Shown here: one piece after another, positions 1-11,583 of the stretch
Position numbering within the stretch: position 1 is the stretch's first letter
Layout of the letters: each line of letters opens with the position of its first letter
Source of the DNA: Tannerellaceae bacterium
GTDB taxonomy: Bacteria > Bacteroidota > Bacteroidia > Bacteroidales > Tannerellaceae
NCBI GenBank assembly: GCA_021203545.1
Contig: JAJQAZ010000104.1
Location: forward strand, 11,407-75,406
Length of the DNA stretch: 64,000 nt
Direction of reading: 5' to 3'
Notes under the pieces: model-generated
The model's database searches: none
What the model saw: only the letters and a program-made list of their open reading frames with translations
Told to the model about the DNA's origin: nothing
Position numbers and translations under genes: made by a program

Positions 1-485
1 CGGACCTTAGAAACAATACCATCCAAACAATCAGATAAAGTTTTCTAAAGGACGGTTTTGCCACTGGGTAGCTACCTTGGTTATTTTAGAGGTGACCACA
101 GAGATAGCCGAAGTCCAAAGGGTTATTCCATAAATCTCTTTCATCTCCTCTTCTATATCAGATACGCTCATTCCCTTTGAGTATAACGAAATCACAAGAC
201 GTTCGATGGATAATCCATGTTTTTGATGTTTAGGAACTACTACAGGCTCAAAATTACCTGTACGATCACGGAGGACTTCAATGATAGACTGACCATACTC
301 GGTCTGGATGGTTTTAGGGTATGAACCATTACGGGAATTTTTCTCATAACCTAAATGATTTTTTCGCCTTCCAACATGCCTTCATATACTTTGGCATGAA
401 GCTTTTTAAGGAAGCTGTCTACATCTTTAGTAGTTTTAAACTGACTTAAAAACTCTTTGCTTAATAAATCTTTTGAAATGTCCAT
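1..485 (-). mobile_element. IS256-family (mutator-type) transposase gene, 5' part, degenerate; continues past the window edge
   Basis: Minus-strand translation from the ATG at 483-485 gives MDISKDLLSKEFLSQFKTTKDVDSFLKKLHAKVYEGMLEGE. After a frame change at the T6 run 359-364 it continues NHLGYEKNSRNGSYPKTIQTEYGQSIIEVLRDRTGNFEPVVVPKHQKHGLSIERLVISLYSKGMSVSDIEEEMKEIYG...ATQWQNRPLE. This is the typical N-terminal half of IS256-type transposases. Further frame changes near 15-40 are needed to read YLIVWMDGIVSKV. Confidence 0.6.
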
Positions 486-594
486 AATTTATTCCTTTTT
501 TCAAAGTTATACATAAATAAAAAAACTACAAGTTCTAAAACCTGTAGTTTTCATTTACACAATCATAGAGACAGTGTCAGAAAATTATTACGAG

Positions 595-2231
<1,637 letters not shown>

Positions 2232-2309
2232 TCAAATTGGTCTGCAAGGGTACGAAAAAACTCTGACTATTTTTTCTTCTTCTCTTCCAGCTAATTGGAA
2301 ATAAATATC

Positions 2310-2317
2310 TATTTTTG
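2310..2317 (+). promoter_or_regulatory. Bacteroidetes-type -7 box TATTTTTG upstream of purH
   Basis: Exact match to TAnnTTTG, 32 nt upstream of the purH ATG (2349). Confidence 0.45.
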
Positions 2318-2348
2318 TGTTTTAAAACAATAATGTAACTGATTAAAG

Positions 2349-3872
2349 ATGACTGCTACTAAGCGAATAAAACGTGCGTTGGTCTCCGTATACTACAAAG
2401 AGGGACTGGATCAAATACTTAAAAAACTTCATAGTGAGGGTGTTAGCTTTGTTTCGACAGGCGGTACACAAACCTTTATCGAATCTCTGGGTTTACCCTG
2501 CGATGCGGTAGAAGATTTAACAGGTTATCCGTCTATTCTGGGTGGACGTGTTAAAACACTTCACCCCAAGGTTTTCGGAGGTATTCTGACACGCCGTGAG
2601 AATGAGACTGACAAAGCTCAGATCGCTGAATATGAAATCCCGGAAATTGATCTGGTGATCGTAGATCTTTATCCGTTCGAAGAAACAGTAGCTTCGGGAG
2701 CGGAAGAACAGGCAATTATAGAAAAAATTGATATAGGTGGTATCTCGTTGATCCGGGCTGCTGCCAAAAACTTCAAAGATGTAGTGATCGTAGCATCCAA
2801 AGGACAGTATGGCCCCCTGATGCATCTGCTGGAAGAAAAAGGTGCCGAAACTTCTCTGGAAGACCGTAAATGGTTTGCTAGAGAAGCTTTTGCCGTATCA
2901 TCAGGATATGATAGTGCAATCTTTAACTATTTTGATGGGGGAGAAGGTTCTTCTTTCCGTTGTGGTGTGAACGAACCGATGCACCTGCGTTATGGTGAAA
3001 ATCCTCACCAACAGGCCCGTTTCTATGGTAAATTCAATGAATTGTTCGATCAGATCCATGGAAAAGAGATTTCGTACAACAACCTGTTGGATATTGACGC
3101 AGCTGTTACACTGATCGATGAATTTGACGAAGTAACATTCGCAATCCTGAAACACAACAATGCCTGTGGAATCGCTTCGCGTACTACAGTACTTGAAGCC
3201 TGGAAAGATGCACTGGCCGGCGACCCTGTTTCAGCCTTTGGTGGTATTCTGGTAACTAACACGGCTATCAACAAAGAAGTGGCGGAAGAAATCAACAAAA
3301 TATTCTTTGAAGTAATTATCGCTCCGGATTATGATACGGATGCACTGGAAGTATTGATGCAGAAGAAAAACCGCATCATCCTGATCCGCAAAGAAGGAAA
3401 AATGTCCTGTGTACAATTCCGTTCGTTATTGAATGGTGTATTGGTACAGGATAAAGACCTGAGTATTCAGGGGGCTGCCGATCTGGAATCAATCACAGAA
3501 AAACAACCCACACCGCAGGAGGTTGAAGATTTGTTATTCGCAAATAAATTAGTAAAACATAGTAAGTCAAACGCAATCACACTGGTAAAAAACAAACAGC
3601 TTTGCGCCAGTGGGGTAGGGCAGACTTCAAGAGTAGATGCCCTGAAACAGGCAATCGAGAAAGCCAACCACTTTGAGTTCGATCTTCACGGGGCAGTAAT
3701 GGCTTCGGATGCTTTCTTCCCGTTCCCTGACTGTGTAGAGATCGCTCATAAAGCAGGAATTACAGCCGTAATTCAGCCGGGAGGATCAGTGAATGACAAA
3801 CTTTCTGTTGAATACTGCAATGAAAACGGTGTGGCCATGGTTAAAACCGGAGTTCGCCATTTTAAACATTGA
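2349..3872 (+). CDS. purH: Bifunctional AICAR transformylase / IMP cyclohydrolase
   Basis: 507-aa ORF with an MGS-like N-domain (VSTGGTQTFIESLG, KTLHPKVFGGIL) and an AICARFT domain (ILKHNNACGIA, ASDAFFPFPD, GVRHFKH end). Confidence 0.97.
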   Translation: MTATKRIKRALVSVYYKEGLDQILKKLHSEGVSFVSTGGTQTFIESLGLPCDAVEDLTGYPSILGGRVKTLHPKVFGGILTRRENETDKAQIAEYEIPEIDLVIVDLYPFEETVASGAEEQAIIEKIDIGGISLIRAAAKNFKDVVIVASKGQYGPLMHLLEEKGAETSLEDRKWFAREAFAVSSGYDSAIFNYFDGGEGSSFRCGVNEPMHLRYGENPHQQARFYGKFNELFDQIHGKEISYNNLLDIDAAVTLIDEFDEVTFAILKHNNACGIASRTTVLEAWKDALAGDPVSAFGGILVTNTAINKEVAEEINKIFFEVIIAPDYDTDALEVLMQKKNRIILIRKEGKMSCVQFRSLLNGVLVQDKDLSIQGAADLESITEKQPTPQEVEDLLFANKLVKHSKSNAITLVKNKQLCASGVGQTSRVDALKQAIEKANHFEFDLHGAVMASDAFFPFPDCVEIAHKAGITAVIQPGGSVNDKLSVEYCNENGVAMVKTGVRHFKH

Positions 3873-3893
3873 TTACAAAATAACTGACAAATT

Positions 3894-4913
3894 ATGGGAT
3901 TATTCTCTTTTACGCAGGAAATAGCAATGGACCTGGGGACAGCCAATACCATTATCATCAGTAATGGCAAGATAGTGGTAGATGCCCCTTCGGTGGTGGC
4001 GCTGGATCGCCGTACCGATAAGGTGCTGGCTGTAGGGCACAAAGCCCAGCAAATGCACGGAAAAACGCATGAAAATATACGCACTATACGGCCTCTTCGC
4101 GATGGAGTGATCGCAGACTTCTTTGCTGCCGAGCAGATGATCCGGGGAATGATCAAAATGATCAGTTCCAAAAACCGCTGGTTTACTCCCTCTTTACGCA
4201 TTGTCATTTGTATCCCTTCCGGAAGTACCGAAGTGGAAGTACGTGCCGTACGTGACTCAGCCGAACATGCCGGAGGGCGGGATGTCTATATGATTTACGA
4301 GCCTATGGCGGCAGCTATTGGTATCGGTATCGATGTTGAGGCTCCCGAAGGAAATATGATAGTGGATATAGGCGGGGGTACAACCGAAATCGCCGTGATC
4401 TCCCTGGGAGGTATTGTTTCCAATAAATCGATCCGTATTGCCGGGGATGACCTGACGGCTGATATTATGGAGTATATGCGCCGCCAGCACAATGTAAAAG
4501 TAGGTGAGCGTACTGCCGAACAGATCAAGATCAATGTAGGTTCGGCTCTAACCTTCCTGGATAATCCGCCGGAAGACTTTATCGTGCATGGCCCTAACCA
4601 GATGACAGCCCTTCCTATGGAGGTACCTGTGTCTTACCAGGAAATAGCCTATTGCCTGGATAAATCAATCTCAAAGATGGAAGCGGCTATCTTTAGCGCA
4701 CTTGAACAGACCCCCCCTGAACTATATGCCGATATTGTCCGTAACGGAATCTATCTGGCTGGTGGTGGTGCACTGATGAGAGGGTTGGATAAACGTTTGT
4801 CCGACAAAATGAATCTTCAGTTCCATGTAGCGGAAGACCCTTTACATGCTGTAGCTAAAGGAACTGGTATCGCACTAAAGAATATTGACAAATTCAACTT
4901 CCTGATTCAGTAA
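3894..4913 (+). CDS. mreB: Rod shape-determining actin-like protein MreB
   Basis: 339 aa with DLGTANT, DIGGGTTEIAVISLGG and LAGGGALMRGLD motifs. Followed by mreC and mreD. Confidence 0.97.
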   Translation: MGLFSFTQEIAMDLGTANTIIISNGKIVVDAPSVVALDRRTDKVLAVGHKAQQMHGKTHENIRTIRPLRDGVIADFFAAEQMIRGMIKMISSKNRWFTPSLRIVICIPSGSTEVEVRAVRDSAEHAGGRDVYMIYEPMAAAIGIGIDVEAPEGNMIVDIGGGTTEIAVISLGGIVSNKSIRIAGDDLTADIMEYMRRQHNVKVGERTAEQIKINVGSALTFLDNPPEDFIVHGPNQMTALPMEVPVSYQEIAYCLDKSISKMEAAIFSALEQTPPELYADIVRNGIYLAGGGALMRGLDKRLSDKMNLQFHVAEDPLHAVAKGTGIALKNIDKFNFLIQ

Positions 4914-4935
4914 AATTGACAATTGATTAAAAATT

Positions 4936-5793
4936 ATGCGTAAACTTCTTGATTTTCTGGTAAGCAAGAGACATTGGTTTCTCTTCTTCTTATTAGAAAT
5001 CATCGCATTCGCATTTATATATAGAAGCAGTGTTTATCAAAGGAATATTTTGTTAAGCACTGCTAATGTTATTACCGGAAGCATAGTTTCGGTGTCCGGG
5101 TCTATGCAATCTTATTTTTACCTTCGCAAGGAAAATAAAGACCTGTTGTCCCGGAACGGCGAATTAGAAATGGGAGTGTTGGAGCTACGCAACAAATTGA
5201 ATGAAATGGTAGCTGATACGGTTACTTTCTCCGGATTTCAGGGAACAGAATTGGCGGATGCATTCAAATATAGCTTCATTACTGCAAAGGTTGTGAATAA
5301 CAGTGTAGCCCGCCTATCCAATTACATAACGATCAATAAAGGTGGTAAGGATGGCATTTATACCCATATGGGTGTCGTTTCGGACCGGGGAGTCGTAGGG
5401 ATTGTATCCAAAGTGGCCGACCATTATTCAGTCGTTATTCCGGTATTGAATCCCAAATTCAAATTGAGTGGAAAAGTAGTTGGTAGCAGCCATTTCGGTT
5501 CATTAAGCTGGGATGGTCGTAATCCGCGGTATGCAACTTTATCCGAATTACCCCGTAACGTAGAGTTTACGCAGGGCGATACTATTGTTACCAGTGGATA
5601 TTCCGCGGCATTTCCTGAAGGAATTATCATTGGTACCGTATCCGGTTACCGGAAACAGAACGATGATAACTTTTACAGCCTGGATATAGAGCTGGCTACC
5701 GATTTTCATGCCCTTAATAATGTACGGGTAATCAGGAATAACGATCAGGCAGAACAACGTAGATTAGAAGAAGAGGCAAAAGAGAATGATTAA
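4936..5793 (+). CDS. mreC: Rod shape-determining protein MreC
   Basis: 285 aa with an N-terminal TM helix, a coiled-coil segment and a beta-rich C-domain (GMGVVSDRGVVGIVSKV, GDTIVTSG). Lies between mreB and mreD. Confidence 0.9.
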   Translation: MRKLLDFLVSKRHWFLFFLLEIIAFAFIYRSSVYQRNILLSTANVITGSIVSVSGSMQSYFYLRKENKDLLSRNGELEMGVLELRNKLNEMVADTVTFSGFQGTELADAFKYSFITAKVVNNSVARLSNYITINKGGKDGIYTHMGVVSDRGVVGIVSKVADHYSVVIPVLNPKFKLSGKVVGSSHFGSLSWDGRNPRYATLSELPRNVEFTQGDTIVTSGYSAAFPEGIIIGTVSGYRKQNDDNFYSLDIELATDFHALNNVRVIRNNDQAEQRRLEEEAKEND

Positions 5794-6310
5794 CAATGTA
5801 CTGAAAGCTGTTATCTATTTTATTGTGTTGGTATTGGTACAGGTATTAATCCTGAACAATATTCACTTCTTCCGTGTAGCGGTACCTTTCCTTTATCTCT
5901 ATTTTATACTGAAACTTCCAGCCGGGATGTCACGCACGTCTCTGCTTTTACTCTCTTTCCTGATGGGTATTACCATTGATGCCTTTTCCAATACACCCGG
6001 ATTACATGCCGCTGCGGCTACTTTTGCCGGCTTTGTACGCCAGCCTGTAATACGGCTTTTTATGGGAAAAGATGTAATCCCCGACCTGTCACCTTCTTAC
6101 CGTATGTTTGGTGTGGGTGGATTTATGAAATATACCTTGGTAATGGTATTTCTGCATCATACTGTTCTTTATCTGGTAGAATCCTTCTCACTGTTTGACC
6201 CGGTTTTTCTGGTGATACGCATTCTGGCAAGTGTGATATTAACAACTCTGCTGATCTGTACGGTAGAGGCATTTAATGTGGAATCTTTGAAAAGTGGCGA
6301 CAAACAGTAA
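5786..6310 (+). CDS. mreD: Rod shape-determining protein MreD (polytopic membrane protein)
   Basis: 174-aa hydrophobic ORF. It overlaps the mreC stop by 8 nt and is followed by mrdA; the call rests on operon position. Confidence 0.8.
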   Translation: MINNVLKAVIYFIVLVLVQVLILNNIHFFRVAVPFLYLYFILKLPAGMSRTSLLLLSFLMGITIDAFSNTPGLHAAAATFAGFVRQPVIRLFMGKDVIPDLSPSYRMFGVGGFMKYTLVMVFLHHTVLYLVESFSLFDPVFLVIRILASVILTTLLICTVEAFNVESLKSGDKQ

Positions 6311-8150
6311 ATATAAATTAGATAACAGGCGGTATGTGATAGCAGCCTCGGTCGTATTGCTGGTTATCATTTTCATCATCCGTCTTTTTTATCTTCAGAT
6401 ACTCGACAGCGATTATAAATCGTGGGCAGATAGTAATGCGTTTTACAAAAAGACCCTTTATCCTTCCCGTGGGATGATTTACGACCGTAAAGGACGGTTG
6501 CTTGTTTATAACCAGCCGGCCTATGATGTTATGGTGGTTATGCGCGAAGTAAAAGGGCTGGATACACTTGACTTATGTAATACGTTGGGTATTACAAAAG
6601 ACCAGTTTATCAAACGTGTGGCCGATATCCGGAACCGCCGTCTCAATCCGGGTTATTCTTCGTATGTTCCCCAATTATTTATGAACCACCTGTCCGCACA
6701 GGATTATGGACTGCTACAGGAAAAGTTATACCAATATCCGGGTTTCTATATACAAAACCGTACGATCCGTGAATATGAATATCCCAATGCTGCCCACCTG
6801 CTGGGATATATTGGGGAGGTAAACAAACGGGACATTGAAGCGGATGACTATTATATACAGGGAGACTACTCCGGAAGATCGGGGGTAGAGCGCTCGTACG
6901 AAGAAATATTACGGGGCGAAAAGGGAATGGAGATATTACTGCGTGATGCTCATGGCCGGATCAAAGGAAAATACGATGACGGGGCGCACGACGTGGCTCC
7001 GGTTTCGGGAAAGAACCTTACTTTGTCCATTGATATGGAACTACAGGCATATGGTGAGGAGTTGATGCAAAATAAACTGGGTTCTATTGTGATGATCGAT
7101 CCTAAGACCGGCGAGATTTTATGCATGGTATCGGCACCTACTTACAATCCTAAGTTATTAGTGGGGCGCCAGCGTGGAGCAAATCATCTGGAACTGGAAA
7201 AAGATCCTTATAAACCGCTTCTATACCGGCCTATTATGGGGCAATATCCTCCGGGATCGACTTTTAAACCTACACAGGGATTAATATTCCTGCATGAAGG
7301 AGCCATTACTCCACAGACTTTATATAGTTGCCATATGGGATATCCTTATGCAGGCGGACGTCCTAAATGCCATGGACATTATACACCGCTGGCACTTCAA
7401 TACGCCATTGCCACTTCCTGCAATGCTTATTTCTGTTGGGGGCTGCGGGATATGCTGGATGTGAAAAGAAAATACCCTACCGTACAGGATGCTTTCGAGG
7501 TCTGGAAAGACCACATGGTTAGTATGGGATATGGCTATCAGTTGGGTGTAGATCTGCCGGGAGAAAAGCGGGGTTACATCCCGAATAGTAAAGTGTACGA
7601 CAAAGTATATAATGGCCGGTGGAACTCCACTACAGTCCGCTCTATCTCGATAGGGCAGGGCGAGATCAATGCTACTCCCTTACAAATATGTAATCTGGCG
7701 GCCACAATAGCTAACCGGGGATATTTTATCACTCCTCATGTGGTAAAAACGATAGAAGATACCCCGCTGGATTCTCTTTATACGGAGAGGCGTTATCCGA
7801 CAATAGACCCTATACATTATGATGTAATTGTAGATGGTATGCGTGATGCGGTACTGGCCGGAACCTGCCGGGGAGCAGCGTTACCGTATGTACAGGTATG
7901 CGGAAAGACCGGTACTGCCGAGAATCCTCACGGAAAGGACCATTCTGCTTTCATGGGATTTGCCCCTTATGAAAACCCGGAAGTAGCAATAGCCGTGTAT
8001 GTGGAAAATGCAGGTTTCGGAGCTACCTACGCCGTGCCGATTGCCAAACTGATGCTCGAAAAATACTTTAAAGGTTCGATCTCCGAATCCAATCAATATA
8101 TAGAAGATAGAATTTTAAACGCAGTAATCTTACCCTCGTATGTACAATAG
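6294..8150 (+). CDS. mrdA: Penicillin-binding protein 2 (elongasome transpeptidase)
   Basis: 618 aa with a GTG start, an N-terminal TM helix, and the transpeptidase motifs STFK (PPGSTFKP), SCN and KTGTAE. Confidence 0.93.
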   Translation: MATNSKYKLDNRRYVIAASVVLLVIIFIIRLFYLQILDSDYKSWADSNAFYKKTLYPSRGMIYDRKGRLLVYNQPAYDVMVVMREVKGLDTLDLCNTLGITKDQFIKRVADIRNRRLNPGYSSYVPQLFMNHLSAQDYGLLQEKLYQYPGFYIQNRTIREYEYPNAAHLLGYIGEVNKRDIEADDYYIQGDYSGRSGVERSYEEILRGEKGMEILLRDAHGRIKGKYDDGAHDVAPVSGKNLTLSIDMELQAYGEELMQNKLGSIVMIDPKTGEILCMVSAPTYNPKLLVGRQRGANHLELEKDPYKPLLYRPIMGQYPPGSTFKPTQGLIFLHEGAITPQTLYSCHMGYPYAGGRPKCHGHYTPLALQYAIATSCNAYFCWGLRDMLDVKRKYPTVQDAFEVWKDHMVSMGYGYQLGVDLPGEKRGYIPNSKVYDKVYNGRWNSTTVRSISIGQGEINATPLQICNLAATIANRGYFITPHVVKTIEDTPLDSLYTERRYPTIDPIHYDVIVDGMRDAVLAGTCRGAALPYVQVCGKTGTAENPHGKDHSAFMGFAPYENPEVAIAVYVENAGFGATYAVPIAKLMLEKYFKGSISESNQYIEDRILNAVILPSYVQ

Positions 8151-9585
8151 AAAAACAAGCCTTTGGCAAACAATAGACTGGTTTACTATTCTTTTGTATG
8201 TGATCATGGTTGTGGCGGGTTGGTTCACGATCTGTGGGGCAAGCTATGAGTTTGAAAACGTAGGCTTGTTTGACCCGTCCGGCCGTCCGGGATCGCAGTT
8301 ACTATGGATAGGATTATCGTTGATCCTTATCTTTATAATACTCATGTTGGAGAGCGATCTGTATGATATTTTTGCGATGGTCATCTACGGGGCAATTATC
8401 CTTTTACTGATAGTCACGATCTTTGTGGCACCGGATATAAAAGGCTCCCGCTCGTGGTTGGTCATGGGACCTATACGGCTGCAACCAGCAGAGTTTGCCA
8501 AATTTGCGACCGCACTGGCACTGGCTAAGTTTATGAACATACATGGCTTCAAACTCACCACACCCAGGAACTTTTGTATTTCCCTGGCAATTATATTTTT
8601 ACCACTGCTTTGTATCCTATTGCAACAGGAAACCGGTTCCGCACTTGTTTACCTGGCCTTTTTTCTGGTGCTTTACCGCGAGGGAATGTCAGGCTATTTC
8701 CTGATGGCCGGGGTATGTGCGGTTACTTTCTTTGTCGTAAATATGAAATATGCAGAAGTACCTGTCGGAGTAAATAATCTGGGTGATTTGCTTGTGATAG
8801 GAATGACGCAACTTATTGCTCTGTTTCTGGTAGAATATACCACCCGCGACCGTGTCGCCTTAAAATGGTTAGGTATAGGTACGGCGGTAGCCTGTCTGGC
8901 AGGCTGGATACTTTTCGATGCCTTTGAAATAAATCTGCTGTATGTAGGTCTTGTTATTATCGCCTGCACTTCGCTGTATCTGATCTTTCTTTCGGTACGT
9001 TATTGGGTATGGCCTTATGTATTAATTGCCGTGTTTACTCTTGGATCGGTCGCTTTCATGTATTCTGTCGACTATGTATTTGATGAAATACTCGAACCTC
9101 ACCAGCAAATCCGTATCAAGGTGTCTCTGGGGTTGGAAGACGATCCCAGTGGGGCCGGCTATAATGTAAACCAATCCAAGATTGCGATTGGTTCCGGTGG
9201 ACTAACCGGAAAGGGTTTCCTGAATGGTACCCAGACTAAACTGAAATATGTACCCGAACAGGATACCGACTTCATATTCTGTACCGTAGGCGAGGAGCAG
9301 GGTTTTATCGGTGCATCCCTGGTTTTGATTATCTTTGCCGTCTTTATACTCCGGCTGATCGTATTGGCCGAGCGACAGAAAAACACCTTCGCACGGGTTT
9401 ATGGGTACAGCGTGGCCTCTATATTCTTTTTCCACCTGGCAATCAATGTGGGTATGGTAACCGGATTAACCCCGGTAATCGGGATACCGTTGCCTTTCTT
9501 TAGTTACGGAGGTTCCGCCCTCTGGGGTTTCACAATCCTCCTCTTCATCTTCCTCCGCCTCGATGCCTCCCGGAAGGAGAAGTAA
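8140..9585 (+). CDS. rodA: SEDS-family peptidoglycan glycosyltransferase RodA
   Basis: 481-aa polytopic protein with the FtsW/RodA signatures NQSKIAIGSGGLTGKG, EQDTDFIF and GIPLPFFSYGGSA. Overlaps the mrdA stop. Confidence 0.9.
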   Translation: MYNRKTSLWQTIDWFTILLYVIMVVAGWFTICGASYEFENVGLFDPSGRPGSQLLWIGLSLILIFIILMLESDLYDIFAMVIYGAIILLLIVTIFVAPDIKGSRSWLVMGPIRLQPAEFAKFATALALAKFMNIHGFKLTTPRNFCISLAIIFLPLLCILLQQETGSALVYLAFFLVLYREGMSGYFLMAGVCAVTFFVVNMKYAEVPVGVNNLGDLLVIGMTQLIALFLVEYTTRDRVALKWLGIGTAVACLAGWILFDAFEINLLYVGLVIIACTSLYLIFLSVRYWVWPYVLIAVFTLGSVAFMYSVDYVFDEILEPHQQIRIKVSLGLEDDPSGAGYNVNQSKIAIGSGGLTGKGFLNGTQTKLKYVPEQDTDFIFCTVGEEQGFIGASLVLIIFAVFILRLIVLAERQKNTFARVYGYSVASIFFFHLAINVGMVTGLTPVIGIPLPFFSYGGSALWGFTILLFIFLRLDASRKEK

Positions 9586-9601
9586 AACCCCTGTGGTACT
9601 A

Positions 9602-9625
9602 CCCCCTCCGCCCCCTAAAGGGGGG
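9602..9625 (+). repeat. Hairpin repeat module A (variant CCCCCTCCGCCCCCTAAAGGGGGG)
   Basis: A CCCCC-TAAA-GGGGG(G) hairpin 16 nt after the rodA stop. Near-identical 23-mers occur at 41446-41468 and 54508-54530, and inverted at 55022-55044. Confidence 0.75.
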
Positions 9626-9734
9626 ACTGGTGAGAAGTAACTTCAATTTCGAATATAAGTTATGTGTTTGGTTTTTCTGGTCGCCGTCGCCACTGATTAT
9701 GAATCCCAGTGATCCAGATGTTTAAATACTGTAT

Positions 9735-10211
9735 TTAAGGATTTTTCTGAGTGGCGGTTTCTACTTTGATGCCTACTTCGGTTATACCTTTTAGAGGGGA
9801 GGGAGCCATCAGGTGATTAATAAGGCAAGTGTAGGAGCCAGGCTGGCGGAAGAAATAGCCCCGGTATAGGGGATATTCGGTTTCAAAAATAGAGATTCCT
9901 TTTCCCAGCCAGTTGCCGTGTGTATCGGCCAGGGTAATTTCTATCGTGTCCTGCCTGCTGGTTGAGTCCGGACGTATTTCGTTATATGTAAGCCATAAAT
10001 TCCGGTACGGGTATAGGTTGTTGTTCCTTAGTTGGAGCGTTACATGATAAGGAATGGTTATATCTTCTATATCGAAAGTAAAAAGATATTCCTGCCCTTT
10101 TTCCCATGATGAATTTTCTATGGATTCAATCCGGTTATAAACCAGCCGGTCATCACATGAAAAAAGGCAGAAACAGAAGGATAAAAATAATAGTAAACTC
10201 CTTTTACTCAT
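9735..10211 (-). CDS. gldH: Gliding-motility-associated lipoprotein GldH family
   Basis: Start taken at the internal MSKRSLLLFLSFCFCLFSC (lipobox Cys), cat at 10209-10211. The ~158-aa size, the W..G..Y.F.F...I....Y.V.L.LRN...YPY.NLWL pattern and the position next to the PSP1 gene fit GldH. The 8-nt overlap with the upstream gene's stop supports this start. Confidence 0.7.
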   Translation of the reverse strand: MSKRSLLLFLSFCFCLFSCDDRLVYNRIESIENSSWEKGQEYLFTFDIEDITIPYHVTLQLRNNNLYPYRNLWLTYNEIRPDSTSRQDTIEITLADTHGNWLGKGISIFETEYPLYRGYFFRQPGSYTCLINHLMAPSPLKGITEVGIKVETATQKNP

Positions 10212-11535
10212 TCGTTGGCTTATCCTGGTTTTGTCTCGGTTGCTGAGGACGGTCACCCTGTTTTCTCGGCTTTTTCTTATTGGGTCTGTTATTGTTTCTT
10301 TGTATCGGTTTCTGATTGTTTTCCGGAGCAGTGTTAGTGGACTGACCCTGTGGATGACCCACCTTTACCCGGGCTGCCGGGTTGTTATTATGACTGTTGT
10401 TGTGTGAACCTCTGTTTTCCTGTTGTTTGTTCTGACCACTGCCCGATTTCTTTTTCTTCTTTTTCTTTACGTTGTCAAAACGGGTCAGGCTATCCTGTCC
10501 CAGAATATCCTGTGCATCCCTCCGGTTGGTAACAGCCGGTTTGGTATCAGCTTCGAGCGACAAAGGTTTTGTACCTTTCCGGTTCATTGTGATTACTTCA
10601 AACGCCCTTTTAGCAGAGATTGTTACCAGGTTAGCCGGTACGGATTTATCGGTCGAATAGGTAAGTTCTCTTTTAAATATTTCAGTTTTGAAGTGATAAT
10701 AGGTATTATCCTGTGTTTCAAGTGGAATTTCGCGCGAAGGCAATCTTTTTTGTGCTTCTACATAGGTATCTACTTCATAGTTGATGCAACACTTTAATTT
10801 GGCACACTGTCCGGCCAACTTCTGCGGATTCATGGAAATATCCTGGTAACGTGCGGCACTGGTTGCAACAGATACAAAATTGGTCATCCAGCTTGAACAA
10901 CACAACTCCCTTCCGCAGGGACCGATACCCCCGATGCGTCCGGCTTCCTGGCGGGCACCGATCTGTTTCATCTCAATCCGTACACGGAATGCTTCGGCTA
11001 ATACCTTGATAAGCTGGCGGAAATCAACCCGTTCGTCGGCAATATAATAAAAAATTGCTTTATTGCCGTCGCCCTGGTATTTCACATCCCCGATCTTCAT
11101 ATTGAGATTCAAATCTGCCGCGATCTGCCGTGAGCGGATCATCGTAGTATGCTCTTTGGCCTTCGCCTCTTCGTACTTTTCAAGGTCTACCGGTTTGGCC
11201 TTCCGGTAAATACGTTTTATTTCTACCCCTTCGGTCCGGGTATTGTTCTTTTTCATCTGTAAAAGAACTAATTTCCCTGTCAGGGTAACTGTACCGATAT
11301 CATGTCCGGGGCTGGCCTCAACAGCTACAATATCTCCTTTTTCGAGAGGTATTCTGGAACTGTTCAGGTAATACCCTTTCCGTGTATTTTTAAATTGCAC
11401 TTCCACATAATCGGTCGCGTTTGCCGCATCGGGCACATCGCACAACCAATCGTAGGTGTTTAGCTTGCTATTTTGTATTTTGCTGCACCCTTTTTTACCC
11501 ATGCAGCAGCTTCCTTTATCTAATTTAAAGTCCAT
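10204..11535 (-). CDS. PSP1 domain protein (RicT/YaaT-like) with a long basic low-complexity C-terminal tail
   Basis: PSP1 core IFYYIADERVDFRQLIKVLAEAFRVRIEMKQIGARQEAGRIGGIGPCGRELCCSSW. Start set at MDFKLDKGSCCMGKKGC (cat 11533-11535), 41 nt downstream of a -7 box. The ORF-track extension to 11766 is not supported. The last ~90 aa are K/N/Q/P-rich. Confidence 0.85.
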   Translation of the reverse strand: MDFKLDKGSCCMGKKGCSKIQNSKLNTYDWLCDVPDAANATDYVEVQFKNTRKGYYLNSSRIPLEKGDIVAVEASPGHDIGTVTLTGKLVLLQMKKNNTRTEGVEIKRIYRKAKPVDLEKYEEAKAKEHTTMIRSRQIAADLNLNMKIGDVKYQGDGNKAIFYYIADERVDFRQLIKVLAEAFRVRIEMKQIGARQEAGRIGGIGPCGRELCCSSWMTNFVSVATSAARYQDISMNPQKLAGQCAKLKCCINYEVDTYVEAQKRLPSREIPLETQDNTYYHFKTEIFKRELTYSTDKSVPANLVTISAKRAFEVITMNRKGTKPLSLEADTKPAVTNRRDAQDILGQDSLTRFDNVKKKKKKKSGSGQNKQQENRGSHNNSHNNNPAARVKVGHPQGQSTNTAPENNQKPIQRNNNRPNKKKPRKQGDRPQQPRQNQDKPTNE

Positions 11536-11575
11536 TATTGTCTTCTCAAAGAATTCACATTCTGTGTTTAATATA

Positions 11576-11583
11576 CAAAAATA
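11576..11583 (-). promoter_or_regulatory. -7 box TATTTTTG (minus strand) for the PSP1 gene
   Basis: Plus-strand CAAAAATA is the reverse complement of TATTTTTG, 41 nt upstream of the ATG at 11535. Confidence 0.4.
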
